Assembly (NCBI GenBank): GCA_023391635.1
Contig: JAEWAQ010000058.1
Span: 89,429-153,428, forward strand
Direction: 5' to 3'
Length of the DNA stretch: 64,000 nt
Source: Bacillota bacterium
Lineage (GTDB): Bacteria > Bacillota > Bacilli > Paenibacillales > Paenibacillaceae
The number at the start of each line of letters is the position of its first letter. Within the stretch, counting starts at the first letter, position 1. A program made the position numbers and the translations under genes. Shown piece by piece: positions 63,595 to 64,000 of this stretch. Under the pieces are notes generated by a model. The model saw only the letters and a program-made list of their open reading frames with translations. It made no database searches and had not been told where the DNA came from.

Positions 63595-64000
63595 ATGAAC
63601 AAGAAAAGTATGGCAGCAAAAGCTTCAATCGTGCTCTCGGTGGCATTGGCAAGCGTCCTTCTCATGGCATGCGTATCGGGGGCGGGCGGGACAGGCAAGC
63701 CTCAAGCGCCGAAGCCAACGGAATCCGCGACAGGTACGGCATTGTCGGCGCCTTCCGGGCGGACTCCGACAGGTGCAAACAGGCCGTCCGGTTCGCGGGA
63801 AACCGCTCCCGGCGGGGCAGCAGGACTGGCAAGCGACAACATCAGCACGACAACCGTTGGCGAATACACGGTAAAGATCACAGGCGGCTATGAGACGAAC
63901 CCGGTCGATCATGGCCGGCCGGTTATCCTGATCGCCTCCGCGCTCGGCGTATCGGAGGAAGTATTCCGGACCGCGTTCAGCGGCGTAACCCCTGCCGGGC
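63595..64000 (+). CDS. lipoprotein of unknown function, 3'-truncated by the window edge
   Basis: Hand translation from ATG 63595 gives MNKKSMAAKASIVLSVALASVLLMACVSGAGG (lipobox LMAC). This is followed by a low-complexity P/S/T/G linker and then GGYETNPVDHGRPVILIASALGV. There is no stop before the window end, so it is absent from the ORF track. It is divergent from the two-component system. Confidence 0.6.
   Translation, partial: MNKKSMAAKASIVLSVALASVLLMACVSGAGGTGKPQAPKPTESATGTALSAPSGRTPTGANRPSGSRETAPGGAAGLASDNISTTTVGEYTVKITGGYETNPVDHGRPVILIASALGVSEEVFRTAFSGVTPAG

Overview
This is a 64-kb window of about 60% GC, coding almost entirely on the + strand. All family calls below were made by eye from motifs; no database search, alignment or structure prediction was run.

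It reads like an accessory carbohydrate and organic-acid utilisation region of a high-GC Paenibacillaceae-type Firmicute. That taxonomic guess is an inference from three things: strong GGAGG ribosome-binding sites, YesM/YesN-type kinase plus AraC-receiver pairs, and CUT1/LplABC-type ABC importers with no ATPase gene.

Contents in order:
1. 0-16.9 kb: a leaderless glycosidase/esterase trio (beta-helix protein, GH36-like protein, SASA-type esterase). It is followed by two YesMN-type two-component systems, a CUT1 ABC importer, a Cof-type HAD phosphatase and a metallophosphoesterase.
2. 17.0-18.4 kb: a low-GC islet on the minus strand. It carries a degraded transposase tail and a frameshifted AbiEii-like nucleotidyltransferase with its small upstream partner.
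3. 18.5-28.2 kb: an LplABC-type importer, then FGGY kinase, HutC-type GntR, SDR, UPF0309-type SIS protein, FAD oxidoreductase and creatininase-fold hydrolase. These are driven by two near-identical promoter/operator copies.
4. 28.4-31.9 kb: a monocistronic long-type thrC on the minus strand, and a RidA plus M81 (MlrC-like) pair.
5. 32-60 kb: the most interesting part. Four copies of a TGGTwwTACCA palindrome sit upstream of four transcription units:
   - a membrane YesS-like AraC regulator, which precedes an operon of an enolase-superfamily enzyme, two Gfo/Idh/MocA proteins, a 924-aa leaderless FG-GAP propeller protein, an LplABC importer and a 1789-aa secreted multi-module protein;
   - a leaderless sialidase-like, SDR, SGNH esterase and aldo-keto reductase operon;
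   - two tandem FadR-type regulators;
   - an operon of a ThrC-like PLP enzyme, Gfo/Idh/MocA, MBL hydrolase, AstE/AspA-type deacylase and DapA/NanA-type aldolase.

   I read this segment as one FadR-controlled regulon for an undescribed glycan or acidic-sugar pathway, possibly nonulosonic-acid-like. The motif copies are seen directly; the pathway is hypothesis.
6. 60.2-64 kb: rlmN, a convergent OmpR-type two-component system and a truncated lipoprotein gene.

No rRNA, tRNA, CRISPR array or intact mobile element was seen.
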